From the NCBI RefSeq assembly GCF_046105845.1, contig NZ_CP151004.1: a DNA stretch of 64,000 nucleotides; one strand, written 5' to 3'. Below are positions 49,041 to 59,527 of the stretch, in pieces; position 1 is the stretch's first letter, and each line of letters opens with the position of its first letter. Position numbers and translations under genes: made by a program. The stretch is from Escherichia coli. GTDB lineage: Bacteria > Pseudomonadota > Gammaproteobacteria > Enterobacterales > Enterobacteriaceae. A model generated the notes under the pieces. The model saw only the letters and a program-made list of their open reading frames with translations. It ran no database searches and was not told the DNA's origin.

Positions 49041-49080
49041 TAAAAAGTGCCGGGTAGTGGCTTTGCTTTACCCGGCCTCA

Positions 49081-49737
49081 TTACTTTATTTTATAAAATG
49101 ACAGCCGCCCGCTTTTCGGCGATCCGGTATCAATATAAATCTGGTTAGCGAACGTCTGAATGTTATCAAACATCATATGTCCAAATATAAAATAATCAGC
49201 GCCGTTTATTTGTTGTAACTCGCCATTAAGCGATTTCTGCACACGATCAACAGGCCAGAGTAGTTCTCTCTCCGCTATTTCTTTGTCAAAGAGATATTCA
49301 TTCCCCGGATAATCTGCATGTGCGATGACATATTTTATTATGTCGTTAGTGATTTCAATAATATGTGGAAGGCGATGAAATTTCAGCAACAGATTTATTG
49401 CTTCTTGTTGTTCCGTCTCATTTAATTCAAAGAACCAGTCGCCGCCGCTGGCAAGCCACATATTTCCATCGCCAGTTTCGAATGCATCAAGCGCCATCGC
49501 TTCATGGTTGCCTTTAACCGACGTAAACCAGGGTTGGTTTAGCAGGTGCAGCACGTTAAGACTCTCCGGCCCACGATCAATATTATCGCCGACAGAAATA
49601 AGTAAGTCGGTTTCAGGGCAAAAAGAGAGTTGATGTAAGCGGGATTGTAATAATTGATAGTCACCATGAATATCACCAACGGCCCATATATGGCGATAGT
49701 GATGGGTATTGATTTTTTGATAGCGTGTAGATGGCAT
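49081..49737 (-). CDS. pphB: serine/threonine protein phosphatase 2
   Basis: 218-aa ORF with metallophosphatase motifs (GDIHG, GDNIDRG, GNHE). Confidence 0.88.
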   Translation of the reverse strand: MPSTRYQKINTHHYRHIWAVGDIHGDYQLLQSRLHQLSFCPETDLLISVGDNIDRGPESLNVLHLLNQPWFTSVKGNHEAMALDAFETGDGNMWLASGGDWFFELNETEQQEAINLLLKFHRLPHIIEITNDIIKYVIAHADYPGNEYLFDKEIAERELLWPVDRVQKSLNGELQQINGADYFIFGHMMFDNIQTFANQIYIDTGSPKSGRLSFYKIK

Positions 49738-49842
49738 GGTTTTACCCTGTAAAATAAGCTTTCCTATTATACAGGGTATTTTTATTTGATTCGTCAGTTG
49801 TCGTTAATATTCCCGATAGCAAAAGACTATCGGGAATTGTTA

Positions 49843-52404
49843 TTACACCAGACTCTTCAACCGATAAATCCACTCCAGCGCCTGACGCGGAGTCAGTGAA
49901 TCCGGGTCGAGGTTTTCCAGTGCCTCGACCGCAGGCGAAGTTTCTTCTGGTACGGGCAGCAAAGACATTTGCGTACCATCCACTTGCGTAGCGGCGGCGT
50001 TCGGCGAAATGCTTTCCAGCTCACGCAGTTTTTGCCGTGCGCGCTTAATCACCTCTTTTGGCACGCCCGCCAGAGCAGCAACCGCCAGGCCGTAGCTTTT
50101 GCTCGCCGCGCCATCCTGCACGCTATGCATAAAGGCAATGGTGTCGCCGTGCTCCAGTGCATCGAGATGCACGTTGGCGACGCCTTCCATTTTCTCCGGT
50201 AACTGGGTCAGCTCGAAATAGTGGGTAGCAAACAGCGTCAATGCCTTAATCTTATTCGCCAGATTTTCTGCGCACGCCCACGCCAGCGACAGACCATCGT
50301 AAGTGGACGTTCCACGCCCGATCTCATCCATTAACACCAGACTGTATTCGGTGGCGTTATGTAAAATATTGGCGGTTTCAGTCATCTCCACCATAAAGGT
50401 TGAGCGCCCGGAAGCCAGGTCATCTGCCGCGCCTACGCGGGTAAAGATGCGATCGATAGGTCCAATCTCGACTTTTTGTGCCGGTACATAGCTGCCGATG
50501 TAGGCCATCAGCGCAATCAGTGCGGTCTGGCGCATATAGGTACTTTTACCGCCCATATTCGGACCGGTAATGATCAACATGCGACGCTGCGGCGACAGGT
50601 TCAGCGGGTTGGCGATAAATGGCTCGTTCAGTACCTGTTCAACCACCGGATGGCGGCCTTCGGTGATGCGAATACCCGGTTTATCAATGAAGGTCGGGCA
50701 GGTGTAGTTCAGCGTATAGGCCCGTTCCGCCAGGTTCACCAGCACGTCGAGTTCCGCCAGCGCGCTCGCGCTCTGTTGCAACGCTTCCAGATGCGGCAAC
50801 AGCAGGTCGAACAACTCTTCATAAAGCTGTTTTTCCAGTGCTAGTGCTTTGCCTTTTGAAGTGAGAACTTTGTCTTCGTACTCTTTTAGCTCTGGAATAA
50901 TGTAGCGCTCGGCGTTTTTCAGCGTCTGGCGACGCATGTAATTGATGGGTGCCAGATGGCTTTGTCCACGGCTGATCTGAATGTAATAACCATGAACCGC
51001 GTTAAAGCCGACTTTCAGCGTGTCCAGGCCAGTACGTTCACGCTCGCGGACTTCCAGACGCTCCAGATAATCGGTCGCGCCGTCAGCCAGCGCGCGCCAC
51101 TCATCCAGCTCTTCGTTATAGCCCGATGCGATAACACCACCGTCGCGTACCAGCACTGGCGGTGTGTCGATGATTGCTCGCTCCAGCAGATCGCGCAGCT
51201 CGGCAAACTCGCCCATCTTCTCACGTAGCGCCTGTACCGGAGCGCTATCGACAGTTTCTAACTGCGCACGCAGCTCCGGCAGTTGCTGGAAAGCGTGACG
51301 CATACGGGCCAGATCGCGTGGGCGAGCAGTTCGTAAAGCCAGACGCGCCAGAATACGTTCCAGGTCGCCGACCTGACGCAGTACCGGCTGCAGCTCGGCG
51401 GTGAAATCCTGCAATGCGCCAATAGTTTGCTGGCGCTCAAGCAACACGCGGGTATCGCGCACTGGCATATGCAGCCAGCGTTTCAGCATACGACTACCCA
51501 TCGGCGTTACAGTGCAGTCGAGCACTGAAGCCAGCGTGTTTTCCGCACCGCCCGCCAGGTTCTGAGTAATTTCCAGGTTACGACGTGTCGCGGCATCCAT
51601 AATGATGCTGTCCTGCTCACGTTCCATGGTGATAGAACGAATATGTGGCAGGGTCGTACGTTGGGTATCTTTCGCATACTGCAACAGACAACCGGCAGCA
51701 CAAAGTCCGCGCGGCGCGTTCTCGACGCCAAAACCGACCAGATCGCGGGTGCCAAATTGCAGATTCAACTGCTGGCGCGCGGTGTCGATTTCAAACTCCC
51801 ACAGCGGGCGACGGCGCAGGCCGCGACGGCCTTCAATTAACGACATTTCAGCAAAATCTTCTGCATACAGCAGTTCCGCAGGATTAGTGCGTTGCAGTTC
51901 TGCCGCCATCGTTTCCCGGTCAGCCGGTTCGCTCAGGCGAAAACGACCGGAACTGATATCCAGCGTCGCGTAGCCGAAACCTTTGCTGTCCTGCCAGATA
52001 GCCGCCAGCAGGTTGTCCTGACGCTCCTGCAACAGGGCTTCATCGCTGATGGTGCCTGGCGTAACGATACGCACAACTTTGCGCTCAACCGGACCTTTGC
52101 TGGTCGCCGGATCGCCAATTTGTTCGCAGATGGCAACGGACTCGCCCTGATTCACCAGTTTGGCGAGGTAGTTTTCCACCGCATGGTAGGGAATCCCCGC
52201 CATCGGGATCGGCTCTCCCGCCGAAGCACCGCGTTTGGTCAGTGAAATATCCAGCAGTTGCGATGCGCGTTTTGCGTCGTCATAAAACAGTTCATAAAAA
52301 TCACCCATCCGGTAAAACAGCAGGATCTCGGGATGCTGGGCTTTCAGCTTGAGATACTGCTGCATCATGGGCGTATGGGCGTCGAAATTTTCTATTGCAC
52401 TCAT
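49843..52404 (-). CDS. mutS: DNA mismatch repair protein MutS
   Basis: 853-aa [43 protein letters not shown]...; Walker [10 protein letters not shown]. Confidence 0.97.
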   Translation of the reverse strand: MSAIENFDAHTPMMQQYLKLKAQHPEILLFYRMGDFYELFYDDAKRASQLLDISLTKRGASAGEPIPMAGIPYHAVENYLAKLVNQGESVAICEQIGDPATSKGPVERKVVRIVTPGTISDEALLQERQDNLLAAIWQDSKGFGYATLDISSGRFRLSEPADRETMAAELQRTNPAELLYAEDFAEMSLIEGRRGLRRRPLWEFEIDTARQQLNLQFGTRDLVGFGVENAPRGLCAAGCLLQYAKDTQRTTLPHIRSITMEREQDSIIMDAATRRNLEITQNLAGGAENTLASVLDCTVTPMGSRMLKRWLHMPVRDTRVLLERQQTIGALQDFTAELQPVLRQVGDLERILARLALRTARPRDLARMRHAFQQLPELRAQLETVDSAPVQALREKMGEFAELRDLLERAIIDTPPVLVRDGGVIASGYNEELDEWRALADGATDYLERLEVRERERTGLDTLKVGFNAVHGYYIQISRGQSHLAPINYMRRQTLKNAERYIIPELKEYEDKVLTSKGKALALEKQLYEELFDLLLPHLEALQQSASALAELDVLVNLAERAYTLNYTCPTFIDKPGIRITEGRHPVVEQVLNEPFIANPLNLSPQRRMLIITGPNMGGKSTYMRQTALIALMAYIGSYVPAQKVEIGPIDRIFTRVGAADDLASGRSTFMVEMTETANILHNATEYSLVLMDEIGRGTSTYDGLSLAWACAENLANKIKALTLFATHYFELTQLPEKMEGVANVHLDALEHGDTIAFMHSVQDGAASKSYGLAVAALAGVPKEVIKRARQKLRELESISPNAAATQVDGTQMSLLPVPEETSPAVEALENLDPDSLTPRQALEWIYRLKSLV

Positions 52405-52644
52405 GGGGTTATGTCCGGTTCCCTGATATTAAATGGGGTGTGATGGTTTTTATTTTCGTTGTAATCACATAAGGCGCACATGATACCGGAGTTAATCATT
52501 TCAGGGGAAGAAGCGAACGGCGAGTTCTTGATGCTGGTTCCGGGAAAGATGCTGTTTTGCAGCTTTTGCGTGATGCTTATGAAGCAAGTACGCAAAATTG
52601 TATCGGTTGGCTAACCCTTCTTCTTTAGAGTCATAGTGCCTTTT

Positions 52645-52673
52645 AAGATTAAGTTGTAATATAAATGCATCTT
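52645..52673. promoter_or_regulatory. putative NsrR operator upstream of ygbA
   Basis: AAGATTAAGTTGTAATATAAATGCATCTT: right half AAATGCATCTT matches the NsrR half-site, left half partial; ygbA is a known NsrR regulon member in K-12. Confidence 0.45.
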
Positions 52674-52690
52674 AATGAGGTGGAGGCAGC

Positions 52691-53035
52691 ATGTCCGGCA
52701 AGCGTATCTCTCGTGAAAAACTGACGATTAAAAAAATGATCGATCTTTATCAAGCGAAATGCCCGCAGGCGTCAGCGGAGCCGGAGCATTACGAGGCGTT
52801 GTTTGTTTACGCGCAAAAGCGGCTGGATAAATGTGTGTTCGGCGAAGAGAAACCAGCCTGTAAGCAGTGTCCGGTGCACTGTTACCAGCCTGCAAAGCGT
52901 GAAGAGATGAAACAGATTATGCGTTGGGCCGGGCCGAGAATGCTGTGGCGTCATCCGATCTTAACCGTGCGTCATCTCATCGATGACAAGCGTCCGGTGC
53001 CGGAGTTGCCAGAAAAATATCGTCCAAAGAAATAA
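52691..53035 (+). CDS. ygbA: nitrous oxide-stimulated promoter family protein YgbA
   Basis: 114-aa ORF, Cys-rich (CPQ...CKQCPVHC). Confidence 0.8.
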   Translation: MSGKRISREKLTIKKMIDLYQAKCPQASAEPEHYEALFVYAQKRLDKCVFGEEKPACKQCPVHCYQPAKREEMKQIMRWAGPRMLWRHPILTVRHLIDDKRPVPELPEKYRPKK

Positions 53036-53073
53036 ATCTGCCGGAGAGCCATACTCTCCGGCAAATAAGGCGT

Positions 53074-53502
53074 TTACGCTTTGGTGGCAATCAGGATGGC
53101 TGATGCTTTGATCAATGCAATAACGCGTGAGCCAGTGGTGAGTTTCATTTCATCCTGACTTTCATTTGTTACCACTGCCACAATTTCAAAACCCGCATCC
53201 GTTTTGATATGGACAGTGGCGTTCACTGCGCCTTCGGTGATTGTCGACACGCTGCCAGCAAACTGGTTGCGAGCAGAGAATTTCAGTCCACAGTCTTCCG
53301 TTGCCAGCGTTACCCACGGGGCTTTAATCAGGGCAATCGCTTCTTTCCCTTTCGCCAGACCCAGAGCCTGCTGGCTGCTGTGAGTCACAATTGCCACCAG
53401 CTTTGCACCACCTGCCAGCGTCAGTTCTACTTCGTCATTCACCGCGCCCATTGCTACTGCGCTAACTGTTCCGGTTAATTGATTTCTTGCTGAAACTGCC
53501 AT
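53074..53502 (-). CDS. stand-alone di-Mop (tandem TOBE) molybdate/oxyanion-binding-like protein
   Basis: About 142 aa from MAVSARNQLTGTVSAV...; two TOBE-like repeats (SARNQLTG...; SARNQFAG...); AAGGAGG RBS 4 nt before ATG; alternative start 15 nt upstream. Confidence 0.65.
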   Translation of the reverse strand: MAVSARNQLTGTVSAVAMGAVNDEVELTLAGGAKLVAIVTHSSQQALGLAKGKEAIALIKAPWVTLATEDCGLKFSARNQFAGSVSTITEGAVNATVHIKTDAGFEIVAVVTNESQDEMKLTTGSRVIALIKASAILIATKA

Positions 53503-53546
53503 ACTGCCTCCTTTCATTGAATGTTGATCGAGTATAACCACATCTG

Positions 53547-55625
53547 TTAAATCAATGCCGATTTATCAATTCCCAGTCGCTTCATCCGTGACAGCAGAGT
53601 CGTGCGTTTCAGCCCCAGACGTTGCGCAGCGCCTTTAGGCCCGGCAACCACGCCGTTGGTTTCTTTCAGCACGCGAACAATCAACTGATATTCATCTTCG
53701 CCCTCCTGGGCGACAACCGTTGCGGCAGGCGGCGTTTCTGGTTCCGGTAAAACAATATCTGGCAGTGACAGCTGCAGCACGTTGCCGCGTGTTAGCAATA
53801 CCGCGCGCTCAATGACGTTTTCCAGTTCGCGTACGTTACCCGGCCACTCCATGTTGCTCAGGATGCGCAGCGTCTCGGCAGGAATGCTGTCGATATTGCG
53901 CCCCAGACGACGGGCAATTTTGAAGGTAAAGGCTTTCGCCAGCAGCGGAATATCTTCCGGACGCTCGCGTAGTGGCGGCAGGTGAATCGGGAATACGTTC
54001 AGGCGGTAATAGAGATCGCTACGGAACTCACGGTCGGCGACCATTTTTTTCAGATCGCGGTTAGTTGCGGCGATTAGACGCACGTCCGTCTGAATGATTT
54101 TGTTGCTGCCGAGACGTTCAAACTCCTGTTCCTGTAATACACGCAGCAACTTCGGCTGTAACTCCAGTGGCATATCGCCCACTTCGTCGAGGAACAGGGA
54201 GCTTTTATCCGCCAGTTCAAAACGACCGATACGCTGGGCGCTGGCACCGGTAAAAGCCCCACGCTCATGACCAAACAGATCGCTCTCTAGCAATCCGGCA
54301 GGCATCGCCGCGCAGTTCATTTTTACCATGCGGCGATTATTACGCCCACTGAGATTATGGATCGCGCGGGCAATCAGCTCTTTACCCGTGCCAGTTTCAC
54401 CGAGGATCAGCACGGTACTGTCGCTTTGCGCCACCATTTCAACTTGTTTAAGTACGCTGTACATGGCTTCGCTGCGGCCAATAATCTCGCCAAATTCACT
54501 ATCAACATTGTTGAGCTGCTCGGTCAGGGCGAGGTTTTCATCAACCAGCCGTTCTTTCAGACGATGGATTTCCTGATAGGCGAGGGCGTTATCGACAGCG
54601 ATTGCCACACGTTCGGCAATCTGGCGCAGTAAATTCAGATTGGTAGTGGTAAACACTTTCTCTTCGCATTGCGCCAGTTTCAGCACGCCCAGCATGGTGT
54701 CGCCAGACATCAGCGGTAACAGGCACAAGGTTTGAATCTGGTTGCCCCAGGTGTCGAACAACATGCGTTCATAGGGGGCTAAATCGTCCCGCTCGTGGAG
54801 ATTAATCAGCAGCATCTCTTTGCTTTTGAACACGCGTTCGGTGAGGGTTCCGGCTTCATCGACTTCGCTCTGTTCGTGGGCGGGATGCTGTTTATCAAGA
54901 TAGTGAGTGGAGTAGATGTTGAGTTTGTTTTTACGGTGGCTGCGTAAGACGATGCTGATATCGTCAATGTCGAAGTAGTAATGGATTTCTTTGGCGACTT
55001 CGCTGACCAGTTCGTCCATATCCAGGCGGGAAAGCACCGCGTTGGTAATGGCAACCAGGATGCGGAAGTTATCGCGCTCCCGGCATAACAACTCATAGTC
55101 GACATTATTGACGACGCGGCTCTGGATTTGTTCGGTGACGACAGAAACGATCTGCGTAAATGTTTGCAGACGATTGAACTCTTTTTCGCTCCAGGGGCGA
55201 TCGTCATAACGAATAAATTCACAGCCACCAAAAATATGCCCTTCCGCCGCCAGTGGCATCAGGCAATAGTGACCAAATTTGGGGTATAGCCCACCTGCGG
55301 CCAGCTGCGGCCAGGTTTCACAAAATTCTTCGTAACTGCAATGCAGCGTATCAGGGCGCGACAAAATGCTGCGTACCGGACCGTGTGCCAGAACAGTTTC
55401 GTCTTCATATTTAATGGGGGTGTCTTTTTCACGCGATGCGTAATAAGACGCACGTTGAGTCTGCGCTTGCCACAACACAATAGCCGCGTTGTCGGCGAGC
55501 GCAGAACGCTTTACCAGTTGCGAAAGAGCCTCACACAGCGAGGCCAGATCGGGCTGCTGCAATAGTGTCCGAGTGATGTCGAACAACCCTTGTTGTCCGA
55601 GATCACTCATCGGTGTATATGACAT
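53547..55625 (-). CDS. fhlA: formate hydrogenlyase transcriptional activator (sigma-54 dependent)
   Basis: 692 aa from MSYTPMSDLGQQGLFDITRTLLQQPDL...; GAF domains, AAA+ sigma-54 interaction (GETGTGKE, GAFTGA), C-terminal HTH. Confidence 0.95.
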   Translation of the reverse strand: MSYTPMSDLGQQGLFDITRTLLQQPDLASLCEALSQLVKRSALADNAAIVLWQAQTQRASYYASREKDTPIKYEDETVLAHGPVRSILSRPDTLHCSYEEFCETWPQLAAGGLYPKFGHYCLMPLAAEGHIFGGCEFIRYDDRPWSEKEFNRLQTFTQIVSVVTEQIQSRVVNNVDYELLCRERDNFRILVAITNAVLSRLDMDELVSEVAKEIHYYFDIDDISIVLRSHRKNKLNIYSTHYLDKQHPAHEQSEVDEAGTLTERVFKSKEMLLINLHERDDLAPYERMLFDTWGNQIQTLCLLPLMSGDTMLGVLKLAQCEEKVFTTTNLNLLRQIAERVAIAVDNALAYQEIHRLKERLVDENLALTEQLNNVDSEFGEIIGRSEAMYSVLKQVEMVAQSDSTVLILGETGTGKELIARAIHNLSGRNNRRMVKMNCAAMPAGLLESDLFGHERGAFTGASAQRIGRFELADKSSLFLDEVGDMPLELQPKLLRVLQEQEFERLGSNKIIQTDVRLIAATNRDLKKMVADREFRSDLYYRLNVFPIHLPPLRERPEDIPLLAKAFTFKIARRLGRNIDSIPAETLRILSNMEWPGNVRELENVIERAVLLTRGNVLQLSLPDIVLPEPETPPAATVVAQEGEDEYQLIVRVLKETNGVVAGPKGAAQRLGLKRTTLLSRMKRLGIDKSALI

Positions 55626-55698
55626 TTTGTTCTTCCAGGAAAGCACCGCAAAGCGGTGCAAAAGGTCATTGACTAACTATAGGAGATTTAGAATTTTA

Positions 55699-56709
55699 TT
55701 AGCATATACGCGGAAGCGGTTCGGCGTGCGGTAGATCGAGGGTTCGTTTCACGCCATACAGACCGGCAAGACGAACACCTTTACGTTCCACCACTTCACC
55801 AATCAGCGCCGCGTCTTTTCCCAGTGGATGGGAATGTAACGCTGCCAGCACTTGCTCTGCCGCGTTGCGTTCAACGGCGATCACCAGTTTGCCTTCGTTG
55901 GCAAAGTTAAGGGCGTCCAGTCCCAGCAGTTCGCAAACGCCGCGCACAGCAGGTTTAACCGGCAGTGCCGCTTCTGAAAGTTCAATACCGCAACCGCAGG
56001 CTGCCGCGAACTCATGAACTACCGCGTTCACACCACCACGGGTGGCATCACGCAGCGCTTTCACGCCGGGAATGTCACGCAGCGTCTGAATAAGCGGCGT
56101 TAGTACCGCGCAGTCGCTGACCAGTTCGCCGTCCAGCCCCAGTTGCTCACGCAGGTTAAGGATAGTCGCCCCGTGGTCCCCGAGTGTACCGCTAACCAGC
56201 AATACATCGCCTGCGGTTAGCGTCTGTGCGCCCCAGTGAATATTCGCCGGAATTGCGCCCATGCCAGCGGTGTTGATAAACAGTTTATCTGCCGCGCCGC
56301 GCTGCACCACTTTAGTATCGCCAGTGACGATGGCAATGCCTGCCGCGCGGGCGGTTTCTGCCATGCTGGTCACTACGGCTTTCAGTGTCTCCATCGGCAA
56401 TCCTTCTTCGAGGATAAAGCCACAGGAGAGATAGCGCGGAATAGCGCCACTGACCGCAACGTCATTCGCGGTGCCGCAAATCGCCAGCTTGCCGATATTA
56501 CCGCCAGGAAAGAACAGCGGGTCAATGACGTAACTGTCGGTGGAGAACGCCAGACGGTCGCCTTCCGCTACCAGCTGCGCCAGATCAAGACGTGCCTGAT
56601 CTTCCTGCTCTGCCAGCCACGGGTTGGCAAAGGCTTCCATAAACAGGCTGTTGATTAATTGCTGCATCGCCTGGCCGCCGCTACCGTGGGCGAGTTGGAT
56701 ATTATTCAC
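55699..56709 (-). CDS. hypE: hydrogenase maturation protein HypE
   Basis: 336-aa ORF, AIR synthase-like, C-terminal ...PRIC. Confidence 0.92.
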   Translation of the reverse strand: MNNIQLAHGSGGQAMQQLINSLFMEAFANPWLAEQEDQARLDLAQLVAEGDRLAFSTDSYVIDPLFFPGGNIGKLAICGTANDVAVSGAIPRYLSCGFILEEGLPMETLKAVVTSMAETARAAGIAIVTGDTKVVQRGAADKLFINTAGMGAIPANIHWGAQTLTAGDVLLVSGTLGDHGATILNLREQLGLDGELVSDCAVLTPLIQTLRDIPGVKALRDATRGGVNAVVHEFAAACGCGIELSEAALPVKPAVRGVCELLGLDALNFANEGKLVIAVERNAAEQVLAALHSHPLGKDAALIGEVVERKGVRLAGLYGVKRTLDLPHAEPLPRIC

Positions 56710-57827
56710 GCTTCACTCTCCTGCTGACGATACTGATACCACGCGGCGCACGCTCCTTCGGAGGAAACCATCAGCGCACCAAACGCGGTTTGAGGATTAC
56801 AGGTGTTACCAAACAGCGGGCATTGATGCGGCTTACATTTGCCCGTTAATACTTCGCCACAACGTGCGCGCGGGTCATCGCAGACCTGCTGCGGTGCCGG
56901 GCGGAAATGCGCTTCGGCATCGAATCGTTGATAATCCGGCGTCAGGTGTACACCAGAAGATTCAATCACGCCTAAGCCGCGCCATTCGCTGTCGCCGTTG
57001 ACACAGAACACATCGGCAATCGCCTGTTGCGCCAGCAGGTTACCGGCATCCGGCACCACCCGACGATACTGATTCTCTACCTTGCTGTGGGCCGCTATTT
57101 TCTGCTCCACCAGCATGACCACGCCTTGCAGTAGATCAAGCGGTTCGAAACCAGCGACCACCAGCGGACGATGAAAATCGCTGGCGATAAAATTATAGGC
57201 ATCAGTGCCGATAACCATACTAACGTGACCGGGCGCAAGAAACGCGTCGATACCGTTATCCGGCTCTTCCAGCAAACTGCGCAGCGTCGGGATAAGCGTA
57301 ATATGCTGGCAGAAGAAGTAAAAATTCTGCACATCACGCGCTTTCGCCTGTTGCAGAGTGATGGCCGTCGTCGGCATGGTGGTTTCAAAACCTAAGCCGA
57401 AGAACACCACTTTGCGGGTTGGATTCTCCTGCGCCAGTTTCAACGCATCCATCGGCGAGTAAACGATGCGCACATCGGCACCGCGTGCTTTTGCCTGCAA
57501 CAGCGATCCCTGTTTCCCCGGCACGCGCATGGCGTCGCCAAAGGTACAGAAGATGACTTCCGGATGGCTGGCAATCTCCACGCAGGTGTCGATTCTACCC
57601 ATCGGCAGTACACACACCGGGCAACCGGGACCGTGGATAAACTCAACGTTTTCCGGCAGCAACTGGTCGAGGCCGAATTTAAAAATGGCGTGGGTATGAC
57701 CACCGCACACTTCCATAATCCGCAGAGGGCGTTCGGCGGTGTAAGAGAGATGTGAAGCACGTTCGCGCAGATGCTCAATTAACTGCATCACCTGTTCCGG
57801 CGCGCGATATTCATCAACAAAACGCAT
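56706..57827 (-). CDS. hypD: hydrogenase maturation protein HypD
   Basis: 373-aa ORF with HypD Cys motifs (CGGHTHA, GPGCPVC). Confidence 0.92.
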   Translation of the reverse strand: MRFVDEYRAPEQVMQLIEHLRERASHLSYTAERPLRIMEVCGGHTHAIFKFGLDQLLPENVEFIHGPGCPVCVLPMGRIDTCVEIASHPEVIFCTFGDAMRVPGKQGSLLQAKARGADVRIVYSPMDALKLAQENPTRKVVFFGLGFETTMPTTAITLQQAKARDVQNFYFFCQHITLIPTLRSLLEEPDNGIDAFLAPGHVSMVIGTDAYNFIASDFHRPLVVAGFEPLDLLQGVVMLVEQKIAAHSKVENQYRRVVPDAGNLLAQQAIADVFCVNGDSEWRGLGVIESSGVHLTPDYQRFDAEAHFRPAPQQVCDDPRARCGEVLTGKCKPHQCPLFGNTCNPQTAFGALMVSSEGACAAWYQYRQQESEA

Positions 57828-58099
57828 TATTTTTCCTCGCCATACAACAGCGCACCGACATCCGGCTCAACGTCAAACATGTTTTGTAAGGCGTCGAGAG
57901 TGTCGCGCGCTTCGGCTTCATTAATTACGCTCATGGCAAAGCCAACGTGAACCAGTACCCACTGGCCCACGCGCGGCTGACCGTTTTCATCGCAGCTGCC
58001 GACTAACGTTAAATCGACATCGCGCTGAATGCCGCAGACGTCGACTTTCGCCTGGTTGCCGTCAATGGTGCGGATCTGGCCGGGAACGCCTATGCACAT
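57827..58099 (-). CDS. hypC: hydrogenase maturation chaperone HypC
   Basis: 90 aa from [14 protein letters not shown]... Confidence 0.9.
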   Translation of the reverse strand: MCIGVPGQIRTIDGNQAKVDVCGIQRDVDLTLVGSCDENGQPRVGQWVLVHVGFAMSVINEAEARDTLDALQNMFDVEPDVGALLYGEEK

Positions 58100-58962
58100 C
58101 GCTGTGTCTCCAGCCAGTTCAGCCACTGGTCCATCCCTTCGCCGCTGGTGGCGGAAATAAGGATGATTTCAATTTCTGGATTGACTTCGCGGGCGCAGGC
58201 GATGCACTTCTCAACGTCAAAGTTGAGATACGGCAACAGGTCAACTTTGTTGAGCAGCATCAGCGAGGCGGCGGCAAACATATGCGGATATTTCAGCGGT
58301 TTGTCTTCACCTTCGGTAACGGAAAGCACCGCCACTTTGTGTTTTTCACCGAGATCGAAGCTGGCCGGGCATACAAGGTTGCCAACGTTTTCGATAAACA
58401 GAATACCGTTATCGTCCAGTGGCAGACGCGGTGCGGCGTCGGCAATCATCTGTGCGTCAAGATGGCAGCCTTTACCGGTGTTCACCTGAATCGCTGGTGT
58501 GCCGGTAGCGCGAATGCGTGCGGCATCGTTCACGGTTTGCTGGTCGCCTTCAATAACCGCGCACGGAACGCTGTCTTTCAGGCGCATTAAGGTTTCCGTC
58601 AGCAGGGTGGTTTTACCGGAACCAGGGCTGGAAACCAGGTTGAGCACCAGTTGCTTGCGGGCAGCAAAGCGCGCGCGGTTGCGTTCAGCCAGACGGTTAT
58701 TTTTGTCCAGCACGTCAATTTCGACTTCCAGCATCCGACGCTGGCTCATGCCCGGCGCGTGAGTGCCCGCTTCGCCATGACCGTAATGCAGGTCGCCTTC
58801 TTCAGTCTGGCTGGGGGTAAATTCAGGCGCTTTAATGCCGGTGATTTTCATCTTCGGGCGTGCCGCCGGGGCAAATGGCGCGCTACGAAACGCGGAATGA
58901 GGGTTATGTTCATCACCCTCAATATAGAGGTTGCCTTCACCGCAACCGCATGTTGTACACAT
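58090..58962 (-). CDS. hypB: hydrogenase nickel incorporation GTPase HypB
   Basis: 290-aa [13 protein letters not shown]..., His-rich N-terminus, P-loop GSGKTT. Confidence 0.93.
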   Translation of the reverse strand: MCTTCGCGEGNLYIEGDEHNPHSAFRSAPFAPAARPKMKITGIKAPEFTPSQTEEGDLHYGHGEAGTHAPGMSQRRMLEVEIDVLDKNNRLAERNRARFAARKQLVLNLVSSPGSGKTTLLTETLMRLKDSVPCAVIEGDQQTVNDAARIRATGTPAIQVNTGKGCHLDAQMIADAAPRLPLDDNGILFIENVGNLVCPASFDLGEKHKVAVLSVTEGEDKPLKYPHMFAAASLMLLNKVDLLPYLNFDVEKCIACAREVNPEIEIILISATSGEGMDQWLNWLETQRCA

Positions 58963-58965
58963 CGC

Positions 58966-59316
58966 TCACTCCTGGTCTATTTCTATCCGCCGAATCTGTA
59001 AACCGTCGTCTGCCACAATCTGTAGCATGTCACCATGACACTGTGGACAGCGGCGGACGCGCTGGGTCAGTAGCGTCACATACTGTTGGCATGTTTCACA
59101 CCAGCATTCGGCCTCTTGTTCTTCGAGGTGCAGTTTACAACCTTCCGCCACGCTGCCGCGGCAAACCAGATCAAAACAAAAGGCAAGAGAGCTGGTTTCG
59201 ACACAAGAAAATGCGCCAATTTTGAGCCAGACCCCAGTTACGCGTTTTGCGCCGTGTTTTGCGGCCTGCTGTTCGATCAATTCCAGTGCCCGTTGGCAGA
59301 GGGTTATTTCGTGCAT
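58966..59316 (-). CDS. hypA: hydrogenase nickel incorporation protein HypA
   Basis: 116 aa from MHEITLCQRALELIEQQAAKHGAKRVTGVWL...; zinc-binding CxxC pairs. Confidence 0.9.
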   Translation of the reverse strand: MHEITLCQRALELIEQQAAKHGAKRVTGVWLKIGAFSCVETSSLAFCFDLVCRGSVAEGCKLHLEEQEAECWCETCQQYVTLLTQRVRRCPQCHGDMLQIVADDGLQIRRIEIDQE

Positions 59317-59346
59317 ATCGCCTCCCATTAACTATTGCCAGCTACA

Positions 59347-59362
59347 AGCAATAATTGTGCCA
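59347..59362 (-). promoter_or_regulatory. sigma-54 (-24/-12) promoter for hyp operon
   Basis: Minus-strand reading CTGGCACaattaTTGC: exact GG-N10-GC sigma-54 consensus spacing, about 30 nt upstream of hypA. Confidence 0.6.
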
Positions 59363-59475
59363 GTGTTGATTATCCCTGCAGTGAATAATGTCGATGATGT
59401 CGAAATGACACGTCGACACGGCGACGAAATTCATCTTTAGCTTAAAAATCGCTTTAATAACAATGAATTAAAAGT

Positions 59476-59491
59476 TGGCACAGAAAATGCT
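59476..59491 (+). promoter_or_regulatory. sigma-54 (-24/-12) promoter for hyc operon
   Basis: TTGGCACagaaaaTGCTT with GG-N10-GC spacing, about 40 nt upstream of hycA; FhlA (sigma-54 activator) encoded nearby. Confidence 0.6.
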
Positions 59492-59527
59492 TAAAGCTGG
59501 CATCTCTGTTAAACGGGTAACCTGACA

